From assembly GCA_020832825.1 (NCBI GenBank), contig JAJHRL010000003.1, positions 1-46,765 of the forward strand: a stretch of DNA of 46,765 nt, given 5' to 3'. Made by a program: the position numbers and the translations under genes. The stretch is from Candidatus Aenigmatarchaeota archaeon. GTDB lineage: Archaea; Aenigmatarchaeota; Aenigmatarchaeia; CG10238-14; SpSt-28. Positions 45,540 through 46,765 of this stretch are shown here, piece after piece. How positions within the stretch are numbered: position 1 is the stretch's first letter; every line of letters begins with the position of its first letter. Below the pieces are notes generated by a model. It had not been told where the DNA came from. It saw only the letters and a list, made by a program, of their open reading frames with translations, and made no database searches.

Positions 45540-46765
45540 TTAAGTAATCTCTATAATCTGAGCATAACCATCCGCACTTTTATCTCTTTCCAATTTATAT
45601 GCTTTTCCTGTAACTGCTTCTTGCAATCTTTCATCATGAGTTATAATAAAAACTTGATCCATAAATTCAGAAACATTCTCTCTCAAAACTTTTGCTAATT
45701 CTTCTACAGCCTTTTGGTCTAAGTTATGAGTTGGTTCATCTAGAATTAAAATTCTTAATTGAGGGGCCAAGGCCAAAGAAAAAGCAATTCTCAAAGCTAA
45801 ACAAGCTAAGCTTCTTTCCCCCCCAGAAGCTATTCCCTCTACATTTACCCATTTTCCGCTTCTTTCCTGCAATTGCAGAACATAGTCTCCTTCTTCAATT
45901 TTTAAGGCAAGAGAAACATAGTCGCCGTAAGGGTAAAGGTTTGACCATATGCTTGCCATGTAATGATTGACCGTTTCAACAAAATCCTCCCTAATTTTAA
46001 CTTGAGTCATTTCCAACGCCTGTTTAAGAACTTTTAAGTCAACCAAAATCTTATTTAACTTCTCAACTTGTGTTCTTTCTTTTTCCATGAACTCCAAATT
46101 TTTCTCTATCTCTTCTTTTCTCTTCGTTTCCCTTCTCACAATTTCTTCCATTCCCTTAATCTCAGTTGCAATCTCTCTTTCTACGCTAATTAATTCTACA
46201 AGCCTTTTTTCCATTTCATCCACATTCTTTCCTTCGAGCAACTTTGTTAATTCTGAAATTTTCCTCTCAATCTCTTCCTTCCTTCTTTCATATTCTTTCC
46301 TTCTTTCAATCAAATTCTCCAAATCTATAATCCTTTGCCTGATTGTTTCAAAATTAGATTTTTCCTCCAAAACCCTTCTTAATAATTCCTCTTTCTCCTT
46401 TATTTCATTCCTCAAACTTTCAATCTCTTTGATAACGCTTGCTTTGTTGTCTTCATTAATTTTTAAAGCACTCTTACTGAATTCTAGCTCTCTCAAAAGT
46501 CTCTCTTTGTCTCCAATTAAAACTTTCATCTTCTCGATTTCTTTTAACTTCGCTTTAATTTCTTCTATTTCCTTTCTCATTTCAGCTTCTTTTTTTATCA
46601 ATTTTTCTACCTCTTTTTTTCCCTCTTCTATTTCCTTCTGCTTTTTCTCTATAATCCTCTTCTTTTTATCTTCCGTTAGTCTTGTCTCACAAACAGGACA
46701 TTTGCTTTCTGCAGAAGAAAGTTGAAGTATTGCCTCTTCAGCCTTTTTAATTTCATTTCTTAGCA
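45540..46765 (-). CDS. rad50: Rad50 double-strand break repair ATPase, C-terminal half (partial, runs off window)
   Basis: Zn-hook CPVC near 46690-46700 in the same frame upstream of the ORF-track start; coiled coil; SGGER signature; ILDEPT; ITH. Confidence 0.92.
   Translation of the reverse strand, partial: LRNEIKKAEEAILQLSSAESKCPVCETRLTEDKKKRIIEKKQKEIEEGKKEVEKLIKKEAEMRKEIEEIKAKLKEIEKMKVLIGDKERLLRELEFSKSALKINEDNKASVIKEIESLRNEIKEKEELLRRVLEEKSNFETIRQRIIDLENLIERRKEYERRKEEIERKISELTKLLEGKNVDEMEKRLVELISVEREIATEIKGMEEIVRRETKRKEEIEKNLEFMEKERTQVEKLNKILVDLKVLKQALEMTQVKIREDFVETVNHYMASIWSNLYPYGDYVSLALKIEEGDYVLQLQERSGKWVNVEGIASGGERSLACLALRIAFSLALAPQLRILILDEPTHNLDQKAVEELAKVLRENVSEFMDQVFIITHDERLQEAVTGKAYKLERDKSADGYAQIIEIT

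Noticed and set aside
45414-45698. 94-aa plus-strand ORF
   Set aside because: Antisense to tRNA-Thr and the rad50 3' end
2118-46725. Many long antisense or shadow ORFs (e.g. 3111-3740, 5153-5665, 18219-18638, 24388-25188, 46087-46725)
   Set aside because: Their Phe/Ser/Leu-rich translations are what the reverse complement of Lys/Glu-rich genes produces; they lie on well-supported genes and have no motifs
1-46765. CRISPR array, rRNA, transposase or integrase
   Set aside because: No regularly spaced repeats, no long GC-rich RNA gene and no recombinase motifs seen
46601-46765. ORF-track start of the SMC-like protein at 46601
   Set aside because: The frame stays open to the window edge and includes the Rad50 CPVC hook, so the gene begins outside the window

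Overview
Gene-dense, AT-rich archaeal chromosomal segment. The short, domain-trimmed housekeeping genes, class II LysRS, tRNA-Ile(UAU) and intron-rich tRNAs suggest a DPANN-type genome (inference, e.g. Aenigmarchaeota-like). Core genes: end of lysS, cdc6, a DRG-like GTPase, a CBS+HPF protein, rhomboid, PRC-barrel, MBF1, RpoL, thermosome, PCNA, rpl3-4-23-2, RNase HII, TBP, MCM, GatDE, PAC2, AlaRS, YchF, an NDP-sugar pyrophosphorylase and partial Rad50. It also holds a type IV pilus operon and four intron-containing tRNA genes (iMet with two non-canonical introns, Ser-GCU, Ile-UAU, Thr-UGU). I saw no CRISPR array, rRNA or transposase. The best candidate for an undescribed system is the divergent cluster at about 36.4-44.3 kb. 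It encodes a tandem paralog pair, a 52-aa two-TM microprotein, a 590-aa helical protein, an endonuclease-IV-like TIM barrel with a very large insertion, and two tandem nucleotidyltransferase-HEPN fusions, only one of which keeps the Rx4H RNase motif. Other oddities: an iMet tRNA nested in a duplicated acceptor-like stem, near-identical DNA between the two TBP repeats, a free-standing copy of the AlaRS C-terminal helix, GatE lacking its insertion domain, and an unannotated C2HC zinc-finger microprotein next to PCNA. All calls come from reading motifs by eye; no database searches were run.
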